The notes beneath the pieces are model-generated. The model had not been told where the DNA came from, searched no databases, and was given only the letters and a program-made list of their open reading frames with translations. A stretch of DNA of 50,873 nt, the filler included, from Chloroflexota bacterium (GTDB lineage Bacteria; Chloroflexota; Chloroflexia; QHBQ01), in NCBI GenBank assembly GCA_043754535.1. It is 3 parts of 3 records of this genome, joined end to end, with 100 filler letters (N's around TTAATTAATTAA, not from the genome) between each part and the next. Parts side by side here need not be neighbours in the genome. Positions count along the whole stretch, not along the records: positions 1 to 22,788 come from JAYUUN010000126.1; 2 more parts are not named here. One strand, given 5' to 3'. The position numbers were made by a program, and so were the translations under genes. How positions within the stretch are numbered: position 1 is the first letter of the stretch; each line of letters opens with the position of its first letter. Shown here piece after piece: positions 8,523 through 19,168 of the stretch.

Positions 8523-8552
8523 GCTGCCGCCCTCCGCTCACTACTAAATAAC

Positions 8553-8579
8553 AAAAGAAGGGAGCGCAAACGCGCCCCC
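8553..8579 (-). terminator. Intrinsic terminator after dedA
   Basis: Minus strand GGGGGCGCGTTTGCGCTCCCTTCTTTT: GC stem plus U-rich tail. Confidence 0.55.
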
Positions 8580-8593
8580 ACCAACTGACGCAC

Positions 8594-9370
8594 CTAACGC
8601 TCGTTAGCGACCTTCGCCACCTTGTCTTCAGCTATGGGCGTGCTGGCTATCTCCACGATCTTGCCCTCACTACTCTGGCTCAGGGTCGTCTGCTCAACTG
8701 CGCTATCGGCGGCGGTTCCGCTGTGGCTGATCGTCTCAGCCTTGTTGCCGCTGCGGAAGAACTTGACGAAGAAGTAGATGAGAACGAGCAGCACAATGAT
8801 GATAATCGGGATATCAAAGGGCTTGGCAGCGGCCCGGAACTCCGTCCAGTTAGCCCCCAAGATATAACCAATCCAGGCCAGCAGAGCAGACCAGATGTAG
8901 GAGCCAACGAAGGTGTAAGCGACGAACTTGGGGAAGTTCATGCGCGTGATGCCAGCGGGCAGGCTGATGAAGGTACGCACCACAGGGAGCAGGCGGGAGA
9001 AGAAGGCGGTCGCTGAACCGTACTTGCTGAAGAAACGGTCAGCCTGGTCCAGGTGGTGGTGGTTGAGGCGGATGTACTTGCCATACTTCACAATCGCGGG
9101 GCGGCCACCATAGTAGCCAACAGCGTAGGCGGCAATCGAGCCGATGGTGCAGCCAACCCCTCCCGCCAGCCCTGCGATGTTGACACCGAGCAAGGGGTCG
9201 AGGCCGGGCTTCTGGATCAGGAACCAACCCGACAGCGGCATGATTACTTCGGAGGGGAGTGGGATGCAGGCACTCTCAATCGCCATGCCGATCACCACGC
9301 CGAACCAGCCGACGCTGGTATATATCTGCTCAAAGAAGTGGATGATGTAGTCTTCCCATGCTTGCGGCAA
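8594..9370 (-). CDS. DedA family membrane protein
   Basis: MAIESACIPLPSEVIMPLSG, FFSRLLPVVRTFISLPAG. GAGGAG RBS before TTG. Confidence 0.95.
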   Translation of the reverse strand: MPQAWEDYIIHFFEQIYTSVGWFGVVIGMAIESACIPLPSEVIMPLSGWFLIQKPGLDPLLGVNIAGLAGGVGCTIGSIAAYAVGYYGGRPAIVKYGKYIRLNHHHLDQADRFFSKYGSATAFFSRLLPVVRTFISLPAGITRMNFPKFVAYTFVGSYIWSALLAWIGYILGANWTEFRAAAKPFDIPIIIIVLLVLIYFFVKFFRSGNKAETISHSGTAADSAVEQTTLSQSSEGKIVEIASTPIAEDKVAKVANER

Positions 9371-9470
9371 AGTCTTACTCCTCTAGCTTCCCCCGCCGTT
9401 GCCCGCCTCCAATTGGGGCGCAAGGTACGAGGTGTGTGAATGTGTTAATACGGCGTTGGTGCGCGGGGCA

Positions 9471-9481
9471 ATTATAGCACA
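9471..9481 (-). promoter_or_regulatory. Extended -10 promoter for dedA
   Basis: Minus strand TGTGCTATAAT. Confidence 0.55.
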
Positions 9482-9528
9482 TGATCTATGTCGGCTGCCA
9501 GTTCGTGAGCCTGGTCAGACCAGCCCGC

Positions 9529-9948
9529 TCAACCGCCCAGCTTGCGCCGATAAATCTTCACCTCGGTGCCAGCCCCTTCAGTAGTCGAAGGGGCAAACTG
9601 TACTGTCGCGCTCCATCCACCCTCTGCGCTCTGGTAGAGCAACACAGGACTGACAGCATCGCGCCGCTGGTTGTTGATCACTACCCAGCCCAGCTTTGGC
9701 ATCTCCACTTCGTAGAAGGCAACCGCCTTGCTGCCGCTAGCGGGGATGATCCACTGGTCGAAGGTCGTACCGTTCTCCTCCTCACCCTCGCGCAAGCCCT
9801 GCGGCACGAAGCTCTGGGGGTAGACTGGCAGGCCGGGGGAGGGGGGGTCGCGGAAGATCAGGGTGGTGCCAATCACGATCACCGCTGCCACTACCAGGCC
9901 AACGATAATCATGGTCGTGATCATACTGGTCAGGCGGTTACTACGCAC
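9529..9948 (-). CDS. Hypothetical membrane-anchored protein
   Basis: N-terminal TM helix, then PGLPVYP...AVAFYEVEMPKLGW. Overlaps the ppa stop, suggesting an operon. Confidence 0.65.
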   Translation of the reverse strand: MRSNRLTSMITTMIIVGLVVAAVIVIGTTLIFRDPPSPGLPVYPQSFVPQGLREGEEENGTTFDQWIIPASGSKAVAFYEVEMPKLGWVVINNQRRDAVSPVLLYQSAEGGWSATVQFAPSTTEGAGTEVKIYRRKLGG

Positions 9949-10495
9949 TGGCGTTGCCCACCTTCCAGCCGCCCTTCTTGTACATCTCTATGCCGTACCT
10001 GATCCGCTCCATCGCGTCTTCGCGGCCACCCCAGCCCCGTGCGCGAGTGCCACCGCCCTCCAACTCCTTGTACACCTCAAAGAAGTGGGTGATCTCGCGG
10101 ATTTGGTGCGGCGGCAGATTCTCTAGATCGTGGATGTTGGTGTAGTAAGGATCGCGGTTGAGGACAGCGATGATCTTGTCATCGGGCAACCCCTTATCCA
10201 TCAAGTGGAAGACCCCAATGGGCCGCGCCTCGACGATGCAGCCGGGGAAGGTAGGATTGTTGGTGATCACCAGCACGTCCAGCGGGTCGTAGTCGTCGTA
10301 GTAGGTCTGGGGGACAAAGCCGTAGTCACCTGGGTAGTAGACGGCGGAGTGCAGCACGCGATCCAGCTTGATTGCGCCAGTTGGCTTGTGCAGTTCGTAC
10401 TTCAGGTGGCCGCCAAACGGTATCTCGACCACTACGTGGATCAGGCTGGGGTCATCTTCAACCGGGGTGGGTTCCAGGTCATGCCAGAGGTTCAT
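9941..10495 (-). CDS. ppa: Inorganic pyrophosphatase (family I)
   Basis: VVEIP, KYE, LDRVL, YPGDYGFVPQT..DDYDPLDVLV, DDKIIAV, HFFEVYK. AGGAG RBS before ATG 10495. Confidence 0.96.
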   Translation of the reverse strand: MNLWHDLEPTPVEDDPSLIHVVVEIPFGGHLKYELHKPTGAIKLDRVLHSAVYYPGDYGFVPQTYYDDYDPLDVLVITNNPTFPGCIVEARPIGVFHLMDKGLPDDKIIAVLNRDPYYTNIHDLENLPPHQIREITHFFEVYKELEGGGTRARGWGGREDAMERIRYGIEMYKKGGWKVGNASA

Positions 10496-10534
10496 GTCGT
10501 TCTCCTGCGAGCGGGCAAGTGGTGGGTTCGCCAC

Positions 10535-10563
10535 ATTATAGCACAGCGCAGGCGGGCTAGCAA
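10535..10563 (-). promoter_or_regulatory. Sigma70-type promoter for ppa
   Basis: Minus strand TTGCTA-17 nt-TATAAT with TG extension. Confidence 0.65.
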
Positions 10564-10616
10564 CAGCGGCGTAGCCGACCAGTAGGGGTACACTTGAGAA
10601 CGCTATGGCTCTGCCG

Positions 10617-10645
10617 TTGCGCCCCAGGCCAGCCTATGCTACAAT
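10617..10645 (+). promoter_or_regulatory. Sigma70-type promoter for the FAH-family gene
   Basis: TTGCGC-17 nt-TACAAT with TG extension. Confidence 0.65.
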
Positions 10646-10677
10646 CGAACTGGCAACGACGCAAAGGAGTACAAACG

Positions 10678-11547
10678 ATGAAACTGGTGAACTTCAGCCT
10701 GCCCACTGAGCAACGACGCAGGGTAGGCGTTCTGACTGAGGACACAGTGGCCGAACTGGCTAGCGACGACCTGGCTGGCCTGCTGGATTTGGACAGCGGC
10801 AAACTGGCTAGCTTGCGCGAGAGCTGGGAGGGAGCAACTATCGGCCAGCATGAGCTAAGTAGAGTCAAGCTCCATGCCCCAGTCGAGCGACCAGGCAAGA
10901 TCATCTGCGTCGGCCTCAACTACCGCGACCACTGCGCCGAGCAGAACAAGCCGCTGCCACAGAGTCCGATCCTCTTTGCCAAGTACGCGAACGCGATCAA
11001 CGCGCCCCACGACCCGATCTTCATCCCACCAATGACGCAGGCGGTGGACTACGAAGCGGAACTAGCGGTGGTGATTGGTAGGCGGGCGAAGGGGGTGAGC
11101 GAGGCGGACGCACTCGGCTACGTGGCCGCCTACACGATCATGAACGACGTGACCGCCCGCGACTTCCAGCGGGCCGATGGTCAGTTCACGCGGGGCAAGA
11201 CGCAGGACGGCTTCGCCCCGCTCGGCCCTTGCCTTGTCACTACCGATGAGCTTGGAGACGCGGGGCAACTCAAGATACAGTGCTGGGTGAATGGCGAACT
11301 GCGCCAGGACTCGAACACCAGCAACCTGGTGTTTGGCATTGCCTACCTGATCAGCTATATCAGCCAGGGGATCACCCTTGAGCCAGGCGACCTGATTGCC
11401 ACTGGCACACCGGGCGGGGTGGGCGAACACCGCAAGCCGCCCACCTTTCTCAAGGCGGGCGACGTGGTGACGATAGAGATTGAGAAGATCGGGCGGATCG
11501 AGAACCCCGTCGTCGGCTTACCAGTTCTGGGGCGTAACCTGCTCTAG
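10678..11547 (+). CDS. Fumarylacetoacetate hydrolase family protein
   Basis: KIICVGLNYRDH, VDYEAEL, NDVTARD, RGKTQD, TLEPGDLIATGTPGGVG. AAGGAG RBS before ATG 10678. Confidence 0.95.
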   Translation: MKLVNFSLPTEQRRRVGVLTEDTVAELASDDLAGLLDLDSGKLASLRESWEGATIGQHELSRVKLHAPVERPGKIICVGLNYRDHCAEQNKPLPQSPILFAKYANAINAPHDPIFIPPMTQAVDYEAELAVVIGRRAKGVSEADALGYVAAYTIMNDVTARDFQRADGQFTRGKTQDGFAPLGPCLVTTDELGDAGQLKIQCWVNGELRQDSNTSNLVFGIAYLISYISQGITLEPGDLIATGTPGGVGEHRKPPTFLKAGDVVTIEIEKIGRIENPVVGLPVLGRNLL

Positions 11548-12540
11548 CTGCTGGCCGCTAGCTGCCATCTCCGCTTCCAGGTACTTTTCCGCGTCCATCG
11601 CGGCCTTGCAGCCAGAGCCAGCGGCGGTAATCGCCTGCCGATAGCGGGTGTCGAACACATCGCCAGCGACGAACACGCCAGGGATGTTGGTGTGCGTCTC
11701 ATCTACCAGGCGGATGTAGCCCTTCTCATCCAGGTTTAGCACGCCCTTGAACAGGCCAGTATTCGGCTCGTGGCCGATAGCGACGAACACGCCGCCAACC
11801 GCCAGGTCGCGCTGCTCACCGCTAGCGATGTCGCGCAGGCGGATGCCTGTCACCTGCTCCTCACCAAGGATTTCGTCTACCCCAGTGTTAAAGAGAACGG
11901 TGATCTTGGGGTGGTTCAGCACACGATCCTGCATGATCTTTGAGCCACGAAACTTGTCGCGGCGGTGGATCAGGGTGATTTTGGAGGTGAAGCGGGTGAG
12001 GAACAAAGCCTCCTCCAGAGCCGAGTCGCCGCCACCAACGACCGCAATTTCTACGCCGCGAAAGAAGAAGCCGTCGCAGGTAGCGCAGGTGGAGACCCCG
12101 CGCCCGCGTAGGCGGGTTTCGCTGGGCAGGTCGAGCCACTTGGCCGCCGCGCCAGTCGCCACGATCACCGCATCAGCAGGGTAGCTAGCGGCGGTGGTGC
12201 GGACGGTAAGCGGCAGGCTACCAAACTCTACGCCGGTTGCGTCCTCGTCAACCAACTTCGCACCGAAGCGTTCGGCCTGCGTCCGCATCTGGTTCATCAA
12301 CTCTGGGCCGCCAATGCCTTCGGCAAAGCCAGGGAAGTTCTCCACATCACTGGTCAGCATCAACTGGCCGCCATAGTTGACACCAGCGATCACTGTGGTG
12401 TCGAAGTTAGCGCGGGCAGCGTAGATCGCGGCTGTCAGCCCCGCTGGGCCACTGCCGACAATTACGATCCGCAAGGCTTGCTCCTCACCCTCGTGGGTGG
12501 GGGCAGCAGGGTCGAAGCGGGTTTCTTGCAAGGCTGTCAT
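11518..12540 (-). CDS. trxB: Thioredoxin-disulfide reductase
   Basis: GSGPAGLTAAIYAAR, GVSTCATCDG, VVGGGDSALEEA, IHRRD, GVFVAGDV, YRQAITAAGSG. Confidence 0.97.
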   Translation of the reverse strand: MTALQETRFDPAAPTHEGEEQALRIVIVGSGPAGLTAAIYAARANFDTTVIAGVNYGGQLMLTSDVENFPGFAEGIGGPELMNQMRTQAERFGAKLVDEDATGVEFGSLPLTVRTTAASYPADAVIVATGAAAKWLDLPSETRLRGRGVSTCATCDGFFFRGVEIAVVGGGDSALEEALFLTRFTSKITLIHRRDKFRGSKIMQDRVLNHPKITVLFNTGVDEILGEEQVTGIRLRDIASGEQRDLAVGGVFVAIGHEPNTGLFKGVLNLDEKGYIRLVDETHTNIPGVFVAGDVFDTRYRQAITAAGSGCKAAMDAEKYLEAEMAASGQQLEQVTPQNW

Positions 12541-12948
12541 TTAGTTGCTGCTCCTTTGTACTTGGCTATGGCTGCGGCTGCGTACCGGCAGGCTTGCGCT
12601 GACGTTATAGATGTCGGCCATGATTGCTTGCAGGTCGGCCAGCTTCTCATGGTTGAGGCTGTAGTAGGCCCAGATGCCTTCGCGTTCACCGCTGACCAGC
12701 CCCGCTTCGCGCAGGATGTTGAGATGATGAGAGATAGTCGGCTGGCTGCGGTTGAAGCGGGCGGCGATGTCGCAGACGCAAACCGGCCCGCTGTTGCTAG
12801 CAAGTAGATTGAGGATCGCTAGCCGAGTGGGATCGGCAATGGTCGCCAGCAGGCTGGCATAGCTGCTGACTGCTGCTATGTCCAGGCTAGCCTCTGTGGT
12901 GATTGGCGCACACTGTGCGGGTTTGTTCCTGTTCAATCTCGCTGTCAT
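12541..12948 (-). CDS. ArsR/SmtB family transcriptional repressor
   Basis: IADPTRLAILNLL, VCVCDI, SQPTISHHLNILREAGLV, REGIWAYYSL. Confidence 0.95.
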   Translation of the reverse strand: MTARLNRNKPAQCAPITTEASLDIAAVSSYASLLATIADPTRLAILNLLASNSGPVCVCDIAARFNRSQPTISHHLNILREAGLVSGEREGIWAYYSLNHEKLADLQAIMADIYNVSASLPVRSRSHSQVQRSSN

Positions 12949-12954
12949 GACCGA

Positions 12955-12985
12955 ATTATAGCACATCCATAGACCGTTGTCAATG
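12955..12985 (-). promoter_or_regulatory. Consensus sigma70 promoter with overlapping inverted repeat (candidate ArsR operator)
   Basis: Minus strand TTGACA-17 nt-TATAAT, 6 nt before ATG 12948. Imperfect palindrome CATAGAC-CGTT-GTCAATG at 12968-12985 overlaps the -35. Confidence 0.8.
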
Positions 12986-13149
12986 AGTTGCTCTCGTCGC
13001 TAACTCACCTCTAATACCTCTAATGAGACAATAACCGTAGCGGTCTATGCGTAGGGCGCGTTGCTGATGAACAGGTACCTAACCCAACCTGGCTTTGGCG
13101 AAATTGCCGCCATGTGGTAAAATGGGCAGTAGTGTAGGAGGCTGGGCCG

Positions 13150-15072
13150 ATGCGTTGCACCAACTGTAGAGCCGAGAACCGAGCCAAAGCACCCTTCTGT
13201 ATTGAGTGTGGCGAACCGCTGGAACTGGGCAACTCGCCATATCTGGTTGAGCCGGAGGCGGGGGGGCGTAGCCTCGTGCTGTCTGCCAACGCCGCCTTCC
13301 CTTACCGCCCAGCGACGACCGAGATCAGCCTGCGCGAAAGGCTCAACCCACTGCGCTGGAGTGTAGAAGTCAAAGTCGGGGTGCTGATTTTGATTGCCGT
13401 TCTTGTCTTCGACCTGGTTCTACAAACGACCAGCAAGAGCGACGCAGAACGCTACCATCTGGGCCTCGACGCAATCAGCCAGCAGCACTGGCACGCTGCC
13501 GCTGACGAGCTACGCCCTCTTGTCGGCAAGCGTTACCAGGAGGCGGACAGGCAGTACGAGATCGCTCGCCAGAAAGTAGCAGCCGTCGACCAGGAGTACA
13601 ACCAGGCCACGACCGATGAGCAAAACGGGCGCGGCTGGAAGGCGATCAGCCACTACAGGGCTGCCAGCCAGATCGAGCGCGGCTACAAGGATGCCCGCGA
13701 GCGCAGCAACAGCCTGCTTGTCAGCTACGGCAAGGTAATTTACAACCGGCCCGAAACCCGCAGTGGTGGTCGCTATGCTGGCGGCCTCTACGTCAGCGAT
13801 ATTGACGGCGGTAACAGCCGTTCGCTAGGCTACTCCTTCGGCGACAGCAGCCTCCACGCGATCTCCACCGACGGGCGGCGGGTACTATACAGCAGCAAAG
13901 GGATGTCCAACGTTTACCTCAGCGACCTCTATAGAGGACTCAACCTCCAGGTGGCTGACTTCTACAACGACGAGCAGCAGTCAGAGTTTGACGCGGCCTT
14001 CCTGGATGGCGGTGACAGCACGCTGGCAGTCAGCCGTGGTAAGATCGGAGTAGCCACAACTGATGCTGCCAGCATCACCTTTGTCTACTACAAGGCTAGC
14101 CGCTTCAAGGAGTTGGCCCACCAGGATAACGTCGCTCTTGTCGCCCGCCCCAACTATGGCGACAAGAAGGTGTACTATGTCACGCTGGCAAGCCCCGCCA
14201 GCGGCAGCAACAGCCCGACGCAGCAAGTCAGTGCCTACAACAGCGAGGATGATAGCCGAACCTCCCTCTTTCAGGTTAGCGGCCAGCTACTCTGGTTGCG
14301 GGTAGTCGGCAGCCCACCGGGGTTGCTCGGCCCACCCCAGGCACTACTCTACTCCGTACAGCAGGGTGCTGATTACAGTGTGCGCCTCACGAATCTTGAC
14401 GACAGCCACAAGACGAGTGTGCTTGCCAGCTACCGTGTGCAGCAGCCGCTCGATCCTAGCCGGGTTGTTGACTTCGGCGGCAAACCGCCACTGCTGGCTG
14501 GCAATGCCCCGATCCTTCGGTCGACGGTGGCCGTCAGCCGCGACGACAAATGGGCGATCCTCTACGTCCCCGACCGCAGCGACTACCTACCTTATCTGCT
14601 CGACCTTGACAAGCAAACCGCCACTGCCTGGGCAAGTAGTGCGATCAAGCAGGCAGAGTTCAGCCCCGATGCCAGCAGCATCCTGCTTACTCTCGGCCAA
14701 CCAACCCACCTCGAAGTACGCAACCGCCAGGGGGTGGCGACCCTCGTCCGCCGGCTAGACCACATGGTAGAAGGTGGCTTCCTCGACAACGGCCACTTCT
14801 ACTACACGCTCTACCACAACCTTAGCGGTTCCAACATTACCCTCGACAGTTATGTAGTTGACGTGAGTGGCAAGCAGGTGGATCGCTATGTAGCTGGCTA
14901 TGCTGCTGGGGTCGTCTCCACCCCGCCAGTGGTCTACACCGCCGACGGCCTGAGCCAACTCTACCTGAGTAGCACGGGTGTGTACATCGGCAGCAGCGAC
15001 GGCAACAGCTACCTGCGGCTGGCTGAGGACGCAAGCGGTCTGTGGATGGCCCGCAACGGCTGGGCGAAGTGA
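13150..15072 (+). CDS. Zinc-ribbon / TM / TPR-like / beta-propeller-like membrane protein
   Basis: CTNC-x10-CIECG N-terminus, one TM, helical repeats ending GYKDARER, then TolB/PD40-like repeats (ISTDGRRVLY, VSRDDKWAIL, FSPDASSILL). AGGAGG RBS. Confidence 0.7.
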   Translation: MRCTNCRAENRAKAPFCIECGEPLELGNSPYLVEPEAGGRSLVLSANAAFPYRPATTEISLRERLNPLRWSVEVKVGVLILIAVLVFDLVLQTTSKSDAERYHLGLDAISQQHWHAAADELRPLVGKRYQEADRQYEIARQKVAAVDQEYNQATTDEQNGRGWKAISHYRAASQIERGYKDARERSNSLLVSYGKVIYNRPETRSGGRYAGGLYVSDIDGGNSRSLGYSFGDSSLHAISTDGRRVLYSSKGMSNVYLSDLYRGLNLQVADFYNDEQQSEFDAAFLDGGDSTLAVSRGKIGVATTDAASITFVYYKASRFKELAHQDNVALVARPNYGDKKVYYVTLASPASGSNSPTQQVSAYNSEDDSRTSLFQVSGQLLWLRVVGSPPGLLGPPQALLYSVQQGADYSVRLTNLDDSHKTSVLASYRVQQPLDPSRVVDFGGKPPLLAGNAPILRSTVAVSRDDKWAILYVPDRSDYLPYLLDLDKQTATAWASSAIKQAEFSPDASSILLTLGQPTHLEVRNRQGVATLVRRLDHMVEGGFLDNGHFYYTLYHNLSGSNITLDSYVVDVSGKQVDRYVAGYAAGVVSTPPVVYTADGLSQLYLSSTGVYIGSSDGNSYLRLAEDASGLWMARNGWAK

Positions 15073-15105
15073 GTGGCTAGTTAAGGATGTGATACTGGAA
15101 TGTTT

Positions 15106-15642
15106 TTAGACGGCGGTGTAGAGGCCGGGGAAGCCTGCGCCCACTGCTACTGTTCGCACCCGCCCTTGCAGGGTAATCAACTGTAGGACGCACTCTACAG
15201 CCTCAACCAGCACTCCCGTCCAGAGGTCAGCCGCCTGCGGCCAGTGCTGCTGCATACTACCGACCAGTGTGCCGCTGGAGAAGACGGTGAACTCACTACG
15301 CTGCACCAGCCAGCCCGCGACTGCCTCTGCCACAAGGTAGTTGAGCCAGCCTTCGGGATAGAGGCGAGCGAAGCGGGTAAACAGAGCTGCGTACTCTGTG
15401 CTGCGCAGCAAGCGGCTGAGAGAGAGTTGGTGCAACATAGCGGTTAGCTCCCGCTCGGCAGGTGCCTGTTCGCCAGTCAGTTCGTGGGCGGCGGCCAGCA
15501 ACTCTGCCCGCGCTTGAGCGAGAGCAAGACTTTGTTCGCTCTGCCAACTGGGCTGGCTTTCGGTGCTGGTAGCAGGACTGCCCTGCGCCCATTCACTATG
15601 CGGCTTGAACACAACTTCTTCTACCTGTATCTGGCTCAACAT
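15106..15642 (-). CDS. Hypothetical protein
   Basis: 178-aa ORF filling the gap between two plus-strand genes. GGGAG RBS and upstream GCTATAAT. No recognised motif. Confidence 0.5.
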   Translation of the reverse strand: MLSQIQVEEVVFKPHSEWAQGSPATSTESQPSWQSEQSLALAQARAELLAAAHELTGEQAPAERELTAMLHQLSLSRLLRSTEYAALFTRFARLYPEGWLNYLVAEAVAGWLVQRSEFTVFSSGTLVGSMQQHWPQAADLWTGVLVEAVECVLQLITLQGRVRTVAVGAGFPGLYTAV

Positions 15643-15854
15643 GGCTGCTTACTCCCTGGACGGTTCTTTATCTATTGCATTATAGCTGCTTCTGGCTCTG
15701 ATGATAATAAGGCAAAAGTACCGAAGCAGGGGGGACTTTAGTCACAGCCAACCTGACCTGCCAACCCGGTAGCAAGCGCAGTTGTCGGCTGTAGTCGGCT
15801 TTGCGCAATTCATCACCAATTCCGCCGAATAAAAACTGCTAATCCTGTCAAAAT

Positions 15855-15863
15855 GTGGTATAA
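15855..15863 (+). promoter_or_regulatory. Extended -10 promoter for the suf genes
   Basis: TGGTATAAT about 78 nt upstream of sufB. Confidence 0.55.
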
Positions 15864-15940
15864 TAGCAGGGCAAGCACAGATTAGTAGGCCAAAGCAGCG
15901 ATTGCGTTGCCCGCCGCACCAGCGGCACCAGAGGAGAGCC

Positions 15941-17353
<1,413 letters not shown>

Positions 17354-17358
17354 TTTTG

Positions 17359-17469
17359 GCCCACAGACGTTTGATTGGGCAGTAGGGAGCGGGCAGGCTT
17401 GCGGCTTGGCGGACTGAACAGTTCGCACACTGTGAGCCTGCATTTGCTGTCAGCAAGCTCCTATAGGAG
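17359..17469 (+). promoter_or_regulatory. Candidate structured cis-regulatory RNA between sufB and sufD
   Basis: Several complementary stems read by eye, including an anti-SD (CTCCT) next to the sufD SD (AGGAG). Details in findings. Confidence 0.35.
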
Positions 17470-17478
17470 ACAAACAAG

Positions 17479-18780
17479 ATGACCGCAGTGCGCGAAGTAG
17501 TTAGCACCAACGAACCGACCTGGCTGATCGCCAATCGCCAGCAGGCCCAACAGCAGTTCGACGCAACCCCGTGGCCGCCCCGCAACCAGGATGGCTGGCG
17601 GCGCATAGACCTGGGCAAGCTAGCCCTGACCGCGCCGCTCGCCGCTACCAGCGACGCTGCGCCTACCTTCCAAGAGGTAATCAGCAGCGAGAATCGGGCC
17701 GGGCTGCTCGTCTTGCACAACGGCCACGCAGTACGCGCCGAACTGAACGAGGACTTGCAGGCAAAGGGCGTACAACTGCTATCCCTGGCTGAGGCCGCCC
17801 GCACCCTGCCGCCACAGATGATGGAGCGGCACATCGGCAGCGCAGTGCCAAACGACCTCAATCGCTTCACCGCCCAGAACGCCGCTGCCTGGCGAGACGG
17901 CTTTTTCCTGCTGATCCCCGCCGAGGTGGAGGTCAATCTCCCCTTCTACCTGGTCAATCTGGCCGACGCAGAAGGCAGCACCGTAGTCACCCGCAGCCTG
18001 ATCATGGGGGCGCGCTTCAGCAAGGCTACTGTAGTCAGCCACTCCGTTTCACCAGAGGGGATCAACGTCTACAACAACAGTGTTACCGAACTGCTGGTAG
18101 GCGAGAGTTCCAGCCTCAACTACATCAACGTGCAGCAATGGGGTGAGCAGACTACCGAGATCGCCACCCAGCGCGCCGTCCTTGACCCCAACAGCAGCCT
18201 CGCGCTCTACAACGTTGGGCTGGGCGGCAAGACCACCCACACCCAGGTTGACGCAAATATGCGTGGTGATGGTAGCAGTGCGAAGCTAACCGGCCTCTAC
18301 TTCCCGCACGGCAACCAGTACATGGAATATGACACCCTGCAAGACCATGCCGCCGGGCATACCAGCAGCAACCTGACCTACAAAGGGGTGCTGCAAGAGT
18401 CTGGGCGCAGCGTCTTCGAGGGGATGATCCTGGTGCAGCCGGAGGGCCGCTTCAGCAGCAGCGGCATGACTAACCGCAACCTCCTGCTCAGCAAGACTGC
18501 CCACGCCGACTCGGTGCCGAACCTGGAGATCAAGGCCAACGAGATCGAGAAATGCAGCCACGCCAGTTCGCTTGGTCCAGTCGATGCGGAGCAGCTATTC
18601 TACCTGCAATCGCGTGGCCTGACCGCCGAAGTCGCCACCCGCGTGATCGTCGAAGGCTTCTTCGAGGAAGTGCTAGCCCAACTGAACGTCCCCCAACTGC
18701 ACGACTACCTGGCCGACGCGATCCGCAGCAAGCTAGGCGACACCGTAGCCTATCTGGTGGACGACGACGAGGAGGCGTAG
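17479..18780 (+). CDS. sufD: Fe-S cluster assembly protein SufD
   Basis: QDHAAGHTSSNLTYKGVL, SVFEGMI, NRNLLLS, ADSVPNLEI, KCSHASSLG.VD.EQLFYLQSRG. Confidence 0.92.
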   Translation: MTAVREVVSTNEPTWLIANRQQAQQQFDATPWPPRNQDGWRRIDLGKLALTAPLAATSDAAPTFQEVISSENRAGLLVLHNGHAVRAELNEDLQAKGVQLLSLAEAARTLPPQMMERHIGSAVPNDLNRFTAQNAAAWRDGFFLLIPAEVEVNLPFYLVNLADAEGSTVVTRSLIMGARFSKATVVSHSVSPEGINVYNNSVTELLVGESSSLNYINVQQWGEQTTEIATQRAVLDPNSSLALYNVGLGGKTTHTQVDANMRGDGSSAKLTGLYFPHGNQYMEYDTLQDHAAGHTSSNLTYKGVLQESGRSVFEGMILVQPEGRFSSSGMTNRNLLLSKTAHADSVPNLEIKANEIEKCSHASSLGPVDAEQLFYLQSRGLTAEVATRVIVEGFFEEVLAQLNVPQLHDYLADAIRSKLGDTVAYLVDDDEEA

Positions 18781-18784
18781 TAAT

Positions 18785-19099
18785 ATGGCTCTGGTCAAAG
18801 TCGGCAGCATCGGAGACATGGCAGAGAATACGACCCGCAAGCTGGACGTAGATGGGCGTGAGATCGCCGTCTATTTCGTCTGTGGTCGCTACTACGCCAC
18901 CGACGCAATCTGTTCGCACGCCTACGCTGACCTCAGCGAAGGCTGGCTGGATGAGGACGACTGCGCGGTGGAATGTCCACTGCACGGTTCCAAGTTCGAC
19001 CTGGCAACTGGCAAGGCTCGCACCCTGCCCGCAACTCAGCCGATCCGCACCTACGCCGTTGCGCTTGAGGGCGCGGACATCTTCATAGAAGTAGAGTAG
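18785..19099 (+). CDS. Rieske [2Fe-2S] ferredoxin
   Basis: CSH...VECPLHGSKFDLATG. Typical suf-associated ferredoxin. Confidence 0.95.
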   Translation: MALVKVGSIGDMAENTTRKLDVDGREIAVYFVCGRYYATDAICSHAYADLSEGWLDEDDCAVECPLHGSKFDLATGKARTLPATQPIRTYAVALEGADIFIEVE

Positions 19100-19156
19100 A
19101 CGGAGAGCAGTGGGACTGATCATTGATCAGCCCCGCTTTTTCTGCAAAGCATCGTG

Positions 19157-19162
19157 TATAAT
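19157..19162 (+). promoter_or_regulatory. -10 element, probably leaderless transcript
   Basis: TATAAT 6 nt before ATG 19169. No SD. Confidence 0.55.
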
Positions 19163-19168
19163 AGCCCC

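Noticed and set aside
11518..11547. 30-bp overlap of convergent FAH and trxB 3' ends (also 17 bp at 31507-31523)
   Set aside because: Short convergent overlaps are common, and both proteins are complete.
15709..15790. c-di-GMP-I riboswitch (GGCAAA...GGAC), also GGCAACGACGCAAAG near 10652
   Set aside because: The first lacks GACGCAAAG and a paired P2 stem. The second has no room for P2.
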